Shown: positions 1 to 9,629, numbered from the stretch's first letter. The stretch is 64,000 nucleotides of DNA from Alphaproteobacteria bacterium (GCA_028822585.1 JAPKDL010000001.1:65407-129406); one strand, 5' to 3'. Made by a program: numbers and translations. The notes: generated from the letters alone by a model not told the origin.

Positions 1-498
1 TTTATGAGTGCCGCTTTCATCGCCGCGCGAGGTGAAGGCCGCTTTGGCGGTGGCGATTTTCGATAGCGCGGCGGCGCTATCTGCCATGCCTTTGATATCA
101 GCCGGATCGCTTGCGGGGCCGACAATCAGGAAGTCGTTATGCATCAGCGGATAGCGTTTGGCGGCAAACCCGTCGGCGACAAATTTTTCTTCCGACGCTT
201 GGTGATGCACTAACAACACGTCGGCGTCGCCCGCCTGCGCCAGCCGGATTGCGGCGCCAGTGCCCACTGCGACGACCCGTACCGATATGCCGGACGTCGC
301 CTTGAATTTGGGCAAGATATGATCGAAGAGGCCGGAATTTTGGGTCGACGTAGTCGATGCGACGGTGATGAAGCTGTCGGTTGTTTTATTAGGGCCGTTT
401 AAAATTGAGCCGCCTGGCACCAGTCCCATGATGAGGCTCATGATGGCGCCCAGGCCCAAGCCGAATGCCAAGGCGACGCTGAGACTGAATTTTATCAT
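1..498 (-). CDS. tupA: ABC transporter substrate-binding protein, TupA-like (tungstate/molybdate type). The N-terminal 166 codons are present; the C-terminus lies beyond the window start.
   Basis: Absent from the ORF track because it runs off the window. The minus-strand ATG at 498 overlaps the stop of the upstream ATPase (ATGA). The translation starts MIKFSLSVALAFGLGLGAIMSLIMG (signal or anchor). It continues ...VASTTSTQNSGLFDHILPKFKATSGISVRVVAVGTGAAIRLAQAGDADVLLVHH, which carries the TTS(T)-type anion-binding motif typical of TupA-family proteins. Confidence 0.7.
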   Translation of the reverse strand, partial: MIKFSLSVALAFGLGLGAIMSLIMGLVPGGSILNGPNKTTDSFITVASTTSTQNSGLFDHILPKFKATSGISVRVVAVGTGAAIRLAQAGDADVLLVHHQASEEKFVADGFAAKRYPLMHNDFLIVGPASDPADIKGMADSAAALSKIATAKAAFTSRGDESGTHK

Positions 499-1298
499 GA
501 CTTGTTAAAGTCTTCACTGCTGCAAGTTTCGTCATCAACCAGCGCCCCATCGAAAATGGATCGCCGCCGCCGCCAGAGCAACTCTCCATTGATAAAGGCT
601 TGGGCGAGATCATTTTCTGGCCTGGTGAAAAATTGGTCGGCGGGTGCGCGTTCCTTTATCCGACCGCGATGCATGAAGATGATTTCATCGGCCAGACGGC
701 GCGTTTGGTTCAAATCATGACTGATCATGATGATCTTCACACCGCTGGTCGCTGCCTCGTCAATCAGACTTTCCACCAAATGCGCAGCCGCTGGGTCCAG
801 GCTTGCGGTGGGTTCGTCGAGAAACAGCACCTTTGGCTCTACAACCAACGCGCGAGCCAACGCGAGCCGCTGCTGTTCCCCAAACGATAACGAGCGGGCG
901 GGCGTTGCGGCGTGGCGGCTTAAGCCTGTACGTTCAAGCGCGCCGTCCGCACGGTCCCGCCATTCGGATTTGGCGAATCCGGCAATTTTTAGCGCGAGAA
1001 TGAGATTGGCGACGGCGGAGCGTCGGAACAAGATGGGTCGCTGGAACACCATCGCCTGCGCCCGGGACAAGGCGCGTGCATTCTGCGGGGTTGCCCAGTC
1101 AACGATGCCTGTGTCGGCGGAGATCAAACCGTGACAGACTTGCAATAGCAGGCTTTTCCCGGCGCCGTTAGGGCCAATGATAACGGTCTTTGGCGGGTCT
1201 ACCGCAAACGTTGTCGTGACATCCTTGAGAACATTTTTGCCACTGCGCGACAAGCCGACGCTTTCCAAACGTAAGGGTAGGGGAGAGGCACCCGTCAT
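495..1298 (-). CDS. tupC: ABC transporter ATP-binding protein (TupC-like)
   Basis: Walker A GPNGAGKS, ABC signature LSFGEQQR and Walker B LFLDEPTASLD are present. The track ORF 495..1556 was trimmed to the ATG at 1298, which overlaps the permease stop (ATGA). The 86 upstream codons are Arg/Gly-rich and overlap the permease gene. Confidence 0.85.
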   Translation of the reverse strand: MTGASPLPLRLESVGLSRSGKNVLKDVTTTFAVDPPKTVIIGPNGAGKSLLLQVCHGLISADTGIVDWATPQNARALSRAQAMVFQRPILFRRSAVANLILALKIAGFAKSEWRDRADGALERTGLSRHAATPARSLSFGEQQRLALARALVVEPKVLFLDEPTASLDPAAAHLVESLIDEAATSGVKIIMISHDLNQTRRLADEIIFMHRGRIKERAPADQFFTRPENDLAQAFINGELLWRRRRSIFDGALVDDETCSSEDFNKS

Positions 1299-2002
1299 GA
1301 CGCCACCTTCGCTTCGCCCAGGGACCTCACTCCGTAGACCAGAAAATTTATTGTTAGAGACAGCAATACCAGCACGACGCCGAGCCCAAGCGCCACCACA
1401 AGGTCGCCTTTGCTTGCTTCCAATGCGATGGTTGTGGTCATGACGCGGGTCACATGGTCGATATTGCCACCGACGATCATGACCGCGCCGACTTCCGCGA
1501 TGGCGCGCCCGAATCCGGCCAGATGGGCGGTTGCCAGCGTGAAGCGCCCATCCCACACGAGCACTGAAATAGCTTGCGCCGGTGTTGCGCCCAAAGATCG
1601 CAAGGCGTCGTGGTATTCGCGACGCATGGATTCCAAACTTTCACGGCACAATGACACGATAATCGGGGTGACAAGAACGACTTGCGCGATGATCATCGCG
1701 GTCGGCGTGAATAATAGATTAAATACGCCGAAGGGGCCGGACCGGGACAACAGCAAATACACCACCAAACCAACAACGACCGGCGGCAGCCCCATCATCG
1801 CGTTGAACGACACCAGAATAATTTTACGTCCGGGAAAGCGCGTGAACGCCAAACACGCAGCAATCGGGAGGCCAATCAGAGAAGCGATCACAAGCGCCGT
1901 CAGACTTACCCGGAGCGACAACAGGATAACTTCGATCAGTCGATCATCGAGCGTCATTAGCATCGAAAAAGACGCCAACGTCGCTTGCCAAATTACATCC
2001 AT
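1295..2002 (-). CDS. tupB: ABC transporter permease (TupB-like)
   Basis: A 235 aa polytopic membrane protein. The motif NIDHVTRVMTTTIALEASKGD is typical of tungstate/sulfate-type permeases. It is translationally coupled to the ATPase gene. Confidence 0.8.
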   Translation of the reverse strand: MDVIWQATLASFSMLMTLDDRLIEVILLSLRVSLTALVIASLIGLPIAACLAFTRFPGRKIILVSFNAMMGLPPVVVGLVVYLLLSRSGPFGVFNLLFTPTAMIIAQVVLVTPIIVSLCRESLESMRREYHDALRSLGATPAQAISVLVWDGRFTLATAHLAGFGRAIAEVGAVMIVGGNIDHVTRVMTTTIALEASKGDLVVALGLGVVLVLLSLTINFLVYGVRSLGEAKVAS

Positions 2003-2343
2003 GGCAGGTTTTCACGAGGCATATTTGAATGCAACGTCTTCATTTTAACCCATTTGTTTGTCCCGACGCGCATAGTGCAGCCGGTAGCCAACTTAATGCA
2101 AGGCGCGCGCCTAATGGTCTGATCGAAACGCTTGGTTCCCAAACCTTTCATGAATCAGCCCACCAACCTATTGATCAGTTGCGTCACTAGAAGGGTGGTA
2201 ACGCCAAATTTGTTGTCGCTGTTCCGGGATATAAAGGAGGGGCCAAGGCCGCTGGCGTGAGCGCTTTTAGTGTGTATGCTTTTATCAGAAAGGGGAGCGT
2301 TGGCAGCCTCTGTATGCGAGCAACAATGCTAAAGGAATTTTAC

Positions 2344-3090
2344 ATGGCGCAAGAAAAACGAACCGCCCTCATTACCGGGTCTGGCAAGAATATTGGCAGG
2401 GGCGTCGCGTTGCATCTTGCAGAGTCAGGATACAATGTTGTGCTCAACGGGTCGCGCGACCGAGACGCCTGTGAAGAGGTCGCTGAAAAAATTCGCGGCT
2501 TCGGGTCGGAAGCATTGATCGAAATGTGTGATATTGGCGAGAGGGACAAAGTTCTCGCGATGGCCCAATCTGCCATTGAAAATTTCGGTAGCGTCGATGT
2601 GTTGGTCAACAATGCCGCGGTTCGTCCGGACGGCGGCTTTCTGACAATTAGTGAGGCAGAATGGAACCGAGTCTACGACACCAATTTCAACTCCGCCTTT
2701 CATCTGGCACGCGCTTGTTTGCCCGGTATGATCGCGAAGAAGTGGGGTCGGATTATTCATTTCACGGGTATGCATGCGCAACAAGGCTATGCGGGTAAGG
2801 CGGCGGTCAGTGCGTCGAAACACGCGCTTTGGGGCATGACCAAAACGCTGTCAAAAGAGTTTGGGCGCCAAGGCGTCACCACCAATATTATATCGCCGGG
2901 CACGTTTCCCGATGTCGATGCGGACGCCTCGTCGCCGCGCTTCCAAGGGTTGTTGAAAGCCAATCCGTCCGGCCGGTTGGGAACCGCCGATGATATTGCC
3001 GCAATGGTGGATCTTTTGGTTTCGGAGAATGGCGGCTTCATCAACGGGCAGATGCTGCAGGTGAATGGCGGCGTCATTAATCAGTTCTAA
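2344..3090 (+). CDS. SDR family oxidoreductase (FabG-like)
   Basis: TGSGKNIGRGVA Rossmann motif, NNAA, and a catalytic S...YxxxK-type region (YAGKAAVSASKHAL). The start was trimmed to ATG 2344 (MAQEKRTALITG). Confidence 0.85.
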   Translation: MAQEKRTALITGSGKNIGRGVALHLAESGYNVVLNGSRDRDACEEVAEKIRGFGSEALIEMCDIGERDKVLAMAQSAIENFGSVDVLVNNAAVRPDGGFLTISEAEWNRVYDTNFNSAFHLARACLPGMIAKKWGRIIHFTGMHAQQGYAGKAAVSASKHALWGMTKTLSKEFGRQGVTTNIISPGTFPDVDADASSPRFQGLLKANPSGRLGTADDIAAMVDLLVSENGGFINGQMLQVNGGVINQF

Positions 3091-3123
3091 TACCGGACTA
3101 AAGAAACAATGGATTAGGATGTC

Positions 3124-5172
3124 ATGGGGTATAGAGTAGGCGTCGACATTGGCGGGACCTTTATCGACTTTTGTGTGTTTGATGAAGCAGCGCAGGCGCT
3201 CACCACGCTCAAGGTGTTGACTACGCCCGCCAATCCCGGCGCTGAAATCATGACGGGGCTGGATCGCTTGTGGGACGCCGCTTCTATTGATCCCAAGGAT
3301 ATCGAAAGCTTCGTTCACGGATCGACAATCGGCGTCAATACGGTGATCCAGCGCAAAGGTGCCCGAATGGCATTGTTTGCGACGGAGAATTTCAGTGACG
3401 TACTGGAAGTCGCCCGGTTGCGTATGGCGGAATCCTATAGTCTGTTTTCCAGCAGACCGGAGCCTTTGATTACCCGTGAGCGTGTCTTTGGCGTTTCGGA
3501 ACGTTTGCACGCCAATGGCGGCGTCTTGCGGCCTTTACAAGAAGCTAGCGTTTTGAAGGCGTTGGCGCAGGCCCGCGCGAAGAACGTGGACGGAATCATT
3601 GTTTCTCTGCTGCATGGGTTTCGCAATCCCATTCATGAACAGGCGGTGGCGGATATTATTCGCCGCGAAGCGCCGGAGCTGTTCGTGTTCACCTCCAGCG
3701 AAATCTGGCCTGTTATTCGTGAATACGAACGTACGACCACCGCCGTCATCAACGGGTATATCCACCCGCGCATCGACGCCTACCTAACGTCGCTGGAAAT
3801 GGCGTTGATTGAAAAGGGCGTTTCGGCCAAACCTTTGGTGACGAAGTCGAATGGTGGCGTGATGAGCGTCGCCAATGGCAAGAAATCATGCGTCAATATG
3901 GTGCTGTCGGGGACGGCGTCCGGTGTCATGGGCGGCGCCTTCGTTGCGAAGAGCTGTGGCGTTAAAGACGCGATCACCTTGGATATCGGCGGCACCAGCG
4001 CGGATGTCGCCGTCATCATTGATGGCGCACCACAGTTTGGGATGGGGGAAAAGATCGGCGAATTCCCGCTTTATATTCCCTCAATTTCCGTCACATCTAT
4101 CGGCGATGGCGGCGGTTCCCTCGCCTGGGTCGATGAGTTTGGCGTTTTAAAAGTCGGCCCTGAAAGTGCCGGGTCGGATCCGGGGCCCGCTTGTTATGGG
4201 AAGGGAGGAACACAAGCAACAATTACCGACGCGTTCGCCGTTTGTGGCTTTCTGGGGCATCGGGATTTGGCCTATGAGTCGGTTCATATCGACCAAGACC
4301 TGGCCGTCGCCGCTGTGCAGGACGTGGCGCAAAAAATGGACCGGGATGTGGTGGGTGCGGCGGAGGCGATCATCGAAATCGCGGTGTCCGGCATGTACAT
4401 GGAATTGAACAAGATCGCTGCGCGATATGGTGTCGACATTCGGGATTTTGCATTGGTCCCCTTCGGCGGTGCCGGACCGATGCTGGGGTGTTTTTTGGCG
4501 CGCGAGTTGGGCATGGCGCGCATCGTCATTCCGGCTCGCCCCGGTGTGGTCAGTGCGCTGGGCGGTTTGATAGCCGATTTGAAGAACGACTTTGTCCGCA
4601 CGTTGTTGATGGATGTGACCGACGCGGCAGTGGTGCCCTTAAAGGACGCCTTGCAAAGCCTGTCGGAACAAGCGGGGCAATGGTTGCAGGAAGAGCAGGG
4701 ATATAACGGCGATGTCGTCAATCACGTGTCTGCCGATATGTGCTATGCGGGGCAGTCCTTCGAGATTGAGATTCCGTTGCAAGCCGCTTGGATTGTGGAT
4801 AGTGACATCGATGCAGTTTCGGACGCTTTCCATCGCCGCCACGATGAAATTTATGATTTTTGCGATCGGGAGGGAGAAACCCGGATCGTCAATTTACGCC
4901 TGGTGACGGTGGGCGACGCCCCGAAACCCGTCTTGAAGAAAATTGAGATAGGGTTTGGGCCGGCCCAGACAAAGGGAGCCGTCAGAGTCTGGTTCGATGG
5001 CGCCTATCATCAAGCCGCCTTAATTGAACGGGGCGCCTTGCGGGCGGGACAAACCATCAGCGGCCCTGCGGTGATTGCGCAATCTGATACGACAATTTGC
5101 GTACCCAACGGGTTTTCCGGTGTCGTGGACGCCGTTGGCAACATTATTTTGACGGCGGAAAATTTGGCATGA
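3124..5172 (+). CDS. Hydantoinase/oxoprolinase family protein, A subunit type
   Basis: The N-terminus MGYRVGVDIGGTFIDF (ASKHA-fold ATP motif) and the 682 aa length are typical of HyuA, oxoprolinase and acetone-carboxylase beta-type proteins. Confidence 0.9.
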   Translation: MGYRVGVDIGGTFIDFCVFDEAAQALTTLKVLTTPANPGAEIMTGLDRLWDAASIDPKDIESFVHGSTIGVNTVIQRKGARMALFATENFSDVLEVARLRMAESYSLFSSRPEPLITRERVFGVSERLHANGGVLRPLQEASVLKALAQARAKNVDGIIVSLLHGFRNPIHEQAVADIIRREAPELFVFTSSEIWPVIREYERTTTAVINGYIHPRIDAYLTSLEMALIEKGVSAKPLVTKSNGGVMSVANGKKSCVNMVLSGTASGVMGGAFVAKSCGVKDAITLDIGGTSADVAVIIDGAPQFGMGEKIGEFPLYIPSISVTSIGDGGGSLAWVDEFGVLKVGPESAGSDPGPACYGKGGTQATITDAFAVCGFLGHRDLAYESVHIDQDLAVAAVQDVAQKMDRDVVGAAEAIIEIAVSGMYMELNKIAARYGVDIRDFALVPFGGAGPMLGCFLARELGMARIVIPARPGVVSALGGLIADLKNDFVRTLLMDVTDAAVVPLKDALQSLSEQAGQWLQEEQGYNGDVVNHVSADMCYAGQSFEIEIPLQAAWIVDSDIDAVSDAFHRRHDEIYDFCDREGETRIVNLRLVTVGDAPKPVLKKIEIGFGPAQTKGAVRVWFDGAYHQAALIERGALRAGQTISGPAVIAQSDTTICVPNGFSGVVDAVGNIILTAENLA

Positions 5173-7133
5173 GTATCGATAAAGTCGCGCTGCAGGTCTT
5201 CGCAAATCATTGCCGCGCGGCGACCGAGCATATGGCCTATACCCTCTACCGCACGGCGCAATCCACCTTCGTCAAGGAAACCGAAGACTTCACCATTGGC
5301 TTGCTGACGCCTCAGGGAAAAACCTTCGCCATTCCATTAGATTTAGGCGCGACATGGTTCCCTGGTTTGGATTATGGGGAGGCGATCAAGTTGGTGATGG
5401 GCGGCTATCAAGACGGTGATATCGCTTTCACCAATGACCCCTATAGCGGTTTCGTCTCCACCCACACGCCCGACCTTCATATGTGGAAGCCGGTATTCCA
5501 TGAAGGTGAACTGGTCGCCTTCGCCTGTGGTCATATTCACAACACGGATATTGGCGGCGCGGTGCCTGCCAGCCTGTCCCGAACGCTCGTTGAAATTCAT
5601 CAGGAAGGCATTCGGTTCACGCCTGCCAAGTTATACAAGGCAGGTGTTTTAAATGAAGAGTTGCTGCAGGTCATGATGACCAATGTGCGCCAGCCGGATC
5701 AAAACTGGGGTGACTTGAAAGCCTTTGTCGGTGCGTTAAATACGGGCGCGCGCAAGGTCAGTGATATCATCGCCAAATTTGGCGTGGAGATATTTCGCGA
5801 GGGAGCGGAAGATTTGATGGACTACGCGGAGCATCAAGCCCGCGATATTCTGAACTTCGTTCCGGATGGCGAGTATTTTTTCTGCGATTTTATCGATGAA
5901 GATTCCGACACCGCGCGAAACCCTTGCCGCCTGGCGTTGAACTTGAAAATCAAGGGCGACAGTGCCGTCCTCGATTTCACCGGCAGTGATCCGCAACTCA
6001 CCTCCTCCATCAACGTGCCGACGGGTGGCTTCGCGCACCACACCTTGATGTTGGTCGGTGTTTATTACGTGCTCTACACGTTGAACCCTAATTTACTTTT
6101 GAATTGCGGATTAACCCGGCCCTTCACCTGCATCCTGCCCAAAGGCACCATCGTGAACCCGGAATTCCCGGCCGCCGTGGGCATGCGTAGTCTAACTTGT
6201 GGGCGCATTCGCAGTTTGATTTTTGGCGCCTTTAGCTTGGCGTTGCCGGACCGAATGCCCGCCGCGCCAGCGGGCTCCAGTTCCATTGTAAATGTGATGA
6301 CCACGGAGAATCAGACCGGCAAGCGCATTATCGCCGCCATTAATCCCGTCGTTGGTGGGGCAGGTGGCATGCCCCATCGCGATGGGCCGGATGGATCGGG
6401 GGCGGATGCGGCTTATTTGAAGAATACGCCAATTGAATTAGTGGAATCTGAGGTGCCGATTGAAATCTTGCGATATGGGTTAGCGCCGGATTCTGGTGGC
6501 GCGGGGCGGTATCGCGGAGGCCTTGGAACATGGTTGGAGTTCAAGGTGTTTTCGCCCAACACCCGCATTACCGCCCGCAACCGGGATCGCACAAGATTCC
6601 GCCCGTGGGGCGTGCTGGGCGGCCGCGCGGGGAAGTCGTCCAATTTCATTCTCAACCCTGGGACGAACCGCGAGAAAATTCTGGGCAACGCTGACCTGTT
6701 AACGGCGGAGCCCGGCGACGTTATTCGCTTTTATGGTCCTGGCGGTGGCGGGCGCGGGTCGCCGCTGGATCGGGAAACAGATCGTGTTGCGCAGGATGTG
6801 GAGCGTGGCTACGTGTCGGTTGAGGCGGCAAAGGCTGAATATGGTGTGGTTTTGACGGATGGCGTTGTGGATGAGCCGGGCACGGCGGCGCTGCGCCAGG
6901 GAATGCAGCGCCATATCGATCATTTCGACTTTGGTCCTGAACGCACTGCCTATGAAAAAACGTGGTCTCGAGAAAAATACGACGACCTAACGGAAATTCT
7001 TATGGGATTGCCGGTGCATTGGCGGTTTTTCGTTAAAAGCCAAATTTTTGATGTGCTCAAAGATGACGAAGACGCTAATGTTCGCACAGCGTTTGACGGC
7101 ATTTTGCGGGAACATCCACAAATCGCAACATGA
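5169..7133 (+). CDS. Hydantoinase B/oxoprolinase family protein
   Basis: The motifs FTNDPYSGFVSTHTPDLHMWKPVF and GHIHNTDIGG are characteristic of the hydantoinase B family. ATG 5169 overlaps the A-subunit stop (ATGA), so the track ORF 5097.. was trimmed. Confidence 0.9.
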   Translation: MSIDKVALQVFANHCRAATEHMAYTLYRTAQSTFVKETEDFTIGLLTPQGKTFAIPLDLGATWFPGLDYGEAIKLVMGGYQDGDIAFTNDPYSGFVSTHTPDLHMWKPVFHEGELVAFACGHIHNTDIGGAVPASLSRTLVEIHQEGIRFTPAKLYKAGVLNEELLQVMMTNVRQPDQNWGDLKAFVGALNTGARKVSDIIAKFGVEIFREGAEDLMDYAEHQARDILNFVPDGEYFFCDFIDEDSDTARNPCRLALNLKIKGDSAVLDFTGSDPQLTSSINVPTGGFAHHTLMLVGVYYVLYTLNPNLLLNCGLTRPFTCILPKGTIVNPEFPAAVGMRSLTCGRIRSLIFGAFSLALPDRMPAAPAGSSSIVNVMTTENQTGKRIIAAINPVVGGAGGMPHRDGPDGSGADAAYLKNTPIELVESEVPIEILRYGLAPDSGGAGRYRGGLGTWLEFKVFSPNTRITARNRDRTRFRPWGVLGGRAGKSSNFILNPGTNREKILGNADLLTAEPGDVIRFYGPGGGGRGSPLDRETDRVAQDVERGYVSVEAAKAEYGVVLTDGVVDEPGTAALRQGMQRHIDHFDFGPERTAYEKTWSREKYDDLTEILMGLPVHWRFFVKSQIFDVLKDDEDANVRTAFDGILREHPQIAT

Positions 7134-7149
7134 TATTCTTTATTTGAAG

Positions 7150-7871
7150 ATGATAATTGGCTTCAACAGCAGGGAAAAGGACAACCGTTTGGCCAAAAAA
7201 TTCGTCGTGGCTGCTACAGGTTTGACGGGATGTTCTCTGGTTGAGTAATTGTTGGACAACGGCCACACAGTCTGTGTGGCCTTACGGTAGCCTGACAAAT
7301 TCGCTACCGCAGTTCGAAACCACGCAAACCTGATGGTTTTGGCCGCTCGAATACTTGGCCTGTCAGACGGGGGGATGGCGGGGCAGGTAAAACATCGTGA
7401 CGCCGCCGCCTCTTGTGTAGGGCATGTCCTCGACCTCAAGGGAATGTTTGGTAATCCAAGGCGGCTTTGTACGGAGGGGACGCAACGTTTGTGCTCGGCT
7501 ATCGAAAAGAACAATGCCCCAGACCCCGTAAAATTATTCTTATGAATACGGGTGGCGTCCAAAATCCCGATTGTAATGAGAAACGAAAGTGGTATGCGGC
7601 AGGGTTGCTTGTAGTCTTGCGTTACGTCAAACCGCTACACCGTGACAACGAAGCTGCGGCCAAGCATCTGCATCGAAAAATTGGACGGAACAACAACAAT
7701 ATTGAATGGCGTAGTGTTCGCCTAGACCCGTTAATTAACGCCCCTATCCCACCCTATGAAACGAACGAGTCGCTCATCACGGGCATTTTTACGGGTCGTC
7801 CTACGTCATGGGCTAGCGTTGCTCAGTTTATGACCAAACTCATTGTTGATGCTGAAATTTGGCGCAAATAA
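7150..7871 (+). pseudogene. Decayed NAD(P)H-binding (NmrA / atypical SDR-like) gene
   Basis: One reading frame gives ...KKFVVAATGLTGCSLVE[TAA 7246]LLDNGHTVCVALR[TAG 7288]PDKFATAV...EGTQRLCSAIEKNNAP. After a frameshift near 7520-7530 it continues ...RKIILMNTGGV...IEWRSVRLDPLIN...ASVAQFMTKLIVDAEIWRK. The Rossmann N-terminus, the mid-protein xxSxxGV motif and the C-terminal region are all recognisable but interrupted. Confidence 0.5.
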
Positions 7872-8041
7872 AAGTACCAGATGCTAGTTATTATGAACTC
7901 AATTGAGTAATGGGCGTTCAAAATATAAGTGGTCGGTTAAGAAGGTCGGACACAGACTAAATTCTCGCTAAACTCGACGGTCACAAGCTGTGGTGATACG
8001 TTGAAATATAATTAAATGCCATTGAATCGAAGCTCATCATC

Positions 8042-9502
8042 ATGCCCAAACCTACGAATTTAATTTTCTTCCTGTCCGACAACCATAACCGCGATTTTCT
8101 AAGCGCCGCCGGTCATCCGATGGTCAAAACGCCTGCCCTGGACAGTATCGCATCCAGAGGCGTCCGTTTCTCCAACGCGTATTGCGCCAGTCCGCTTTGC
8201 TGTCCGTCCCGCGCTGCCTTGGCGACGGGTCGTTATCCGCATCAGACTGGTTACTGGGATAACGCGATGATCTATGACGGTGCCATTCCTACCTGGCATC
8301 ACCGGGTTCGGGCAACCGGCGCCGATATGACCGCCATCGGGAAATTGCATTATCGCTCACCTGAAGATGACAACGGGTTTACTGAGGAAATTGCGACCAT
8401 GCATGTGGTCGAAGCCAAGGGCGCGCTGGTGTCACTGCTTCGTGCTACCCAGGATGGTGTTCCCCGGCGCCAATCCCACAGGGCATTGTATGAGGATAGC
8501 GTGCCGGGTGAAGCGGACTACCAAATCTACGACCGGCAGATCACTGATCACGCGATTGATTGGCTCCGTACCCGAGGCGATCAAGAAAAACCTTGGGTGT
8601 TGTTGGTGTCCTACCCAAGTCCGCATCCGCCCTTCAAGGTGCCGCAACGGTTTTGGGACATGTATGCGCCAAAGGATGCGCCGTTGCCGGTGCAGTGGCG
8701 CCGCGAGGACCAACCGCGCCATCCGGCGACGGAATATCTCGCCTGGATGAACAGTCTGGAGGACGGTTTCGATGAGGGTTTCGTCCGCCGGGTTGTTGCG
8801 GGCTATTGCGGGTTAATCACCCATACCGACGAGCAAATCGGACTAGTCCTGAAAGAAGCCGAAGCGCTGGGCCTGATGGACGACACTCGTATCGTCTATA
8901 CCAGTGACCACGGGGAAGCGGCAGGCCATCACGGTATCCTGGGCAAGGCAAACCATTACGAACATGCTCTGGGAGTACCTTTGTTGGTGGCCGGCCCGGG
9001 GATTCCGCAAGGCCGCGTCATCGACCAATTCACGTCTCATGTCGACCTGTTTCCCACCATTGTGGAGGCCATGGGCGGCAATTCCGAAGAAGATGACGAC
9101 TTGCCCGGCGCGTCGCTATGGCCCGCCATTGAGGGGCAGGAGACCGCGCGCACTGCCTTTGCCGAATACCACGCCATGGGCAGCCGTAATTCAGGCTTCA
9201 CACTTCGCGACGGGGACTTCAAACTTATCTATCACGTTGGCATGGACAACCAACTGTTTAACCTCGCCGCTGACCCACTAGAAGAACACGATCTTTTGGC
9301 GGGCGGTGCAGAGCACCACGCCGCCGCTGAATTGGAGCGAAAACTGCGGGACTTCCTGGACCCTGAAGAAGTGGATGCACGTAGCAAGGCCGAACAGGCA
9401 GCCCATATGGAAAAATTTGGCGGCCCGGAGGCAGTACGAAAAACCGGCGTCTTTTCCATGTCTCCCATACCGGGCAAGGCCGCAAACGTCGAAAGCGTCT
9501 AA
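8042..9502 (+). CDS. Sulfatase family protein (Cys-type, formylglycine-dependent)
   Basis: N-terminal LIFFLSDNHN, then the sulfatase signature SPLCCPSRAALATGRY (CxPxR), and YTSDHGE further on. No signal peptide is visible at the N-terminus. Confidence 0.9.
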   Translation: MPKPTNLIFFLSDNHNRDFLSAAGHPMVKTPALDSIASRGVRFSNAYCASPLCCPSRAALATGRYPHQTGYWDNAMIYDGAIPTWHHRVRATGADMTAIGKLHYRSPEDDNGFTEEIATMHVVEAKGALVSLLRATQDGVPRRQSHRALYEDSVPGEADYQIYDRQITDHAIDWLRTRGDQEKPWVLLVSYPSPHPPFKVPQRFWDMYAPKDAPLPVQWRREDQPRHPATEYLAWMNSLEDGFDEGFVRRVVAGYCGLITHTDEQIGLVLKEAEALGLMDDTRIVYTSDHGEAAGHHGILGKANHYEHALGVPLLVAGPGIPQGRVIDQFTSHVDLFPTIVEAMGGNSEEDDDLPGASLWPAIEGQETARTAFAEYHAMGSRNSGFTLRDGDFKLIYHVGMDNQLFNLAADPLEEHDLLAGGAEHHAAAELERKLRDFLDPEEVDARSKAEQAAHMEKFGGPEAVRKTGVFSMSPIPGKAANVESV

Positions 9503-9629
9503 TGCACGATTCTAGGTAGTTTGCAATTGACCTCGATGTTTTCACTCTGGTGAATATGTGGGCATATGGATAGGTTTGACCGGACCGTGACACGGTCTGC
9601 CGTCTCTCACCATTGAACGGAGTCAGTCA

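Noticed and set aside
495-1556. Long N-terminal extensions in the ORF track: 495..1556, 2257.., 5097.., 19195..20145, 23288..24289, 32376..33752, 39978..42794, 45226.., 48454.., 50496..50975, 54749.. and 59708..60958.
   Set aside because: The extensions overlap the upstream gene or are compositionally odd (Arg/Cys-rich). Internal starts coincide with the family N-terminus and often with ATGA/SD coupling signals, so the CDSs were trimmed.
2003-2343. A possible molybdenum-cofactor (Moco/Tuco) riboswitch upstream of the tupB operon. The GC palindrome AGGCGCGCGCCT at 2101-2112 was also noted here.
   Set aside because: I read the minus-strand leader and could not find the conserved Moco-motif elements as I remember them. 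Without a covariance-model search the call cannot be supported.
7261-7281. The perfect palindrome GGCCACACAG-T-CTGTGTGGCC as the intrinsic terminator of the hydantoinase operon.
   Set aside because: It has essentially no loop, is not followed by a T-tract, and lies within the reading frame of the decayed NAD(P)-binding gene (encoding NGHTVCVA). The terminator assignment is therefore unsupported.
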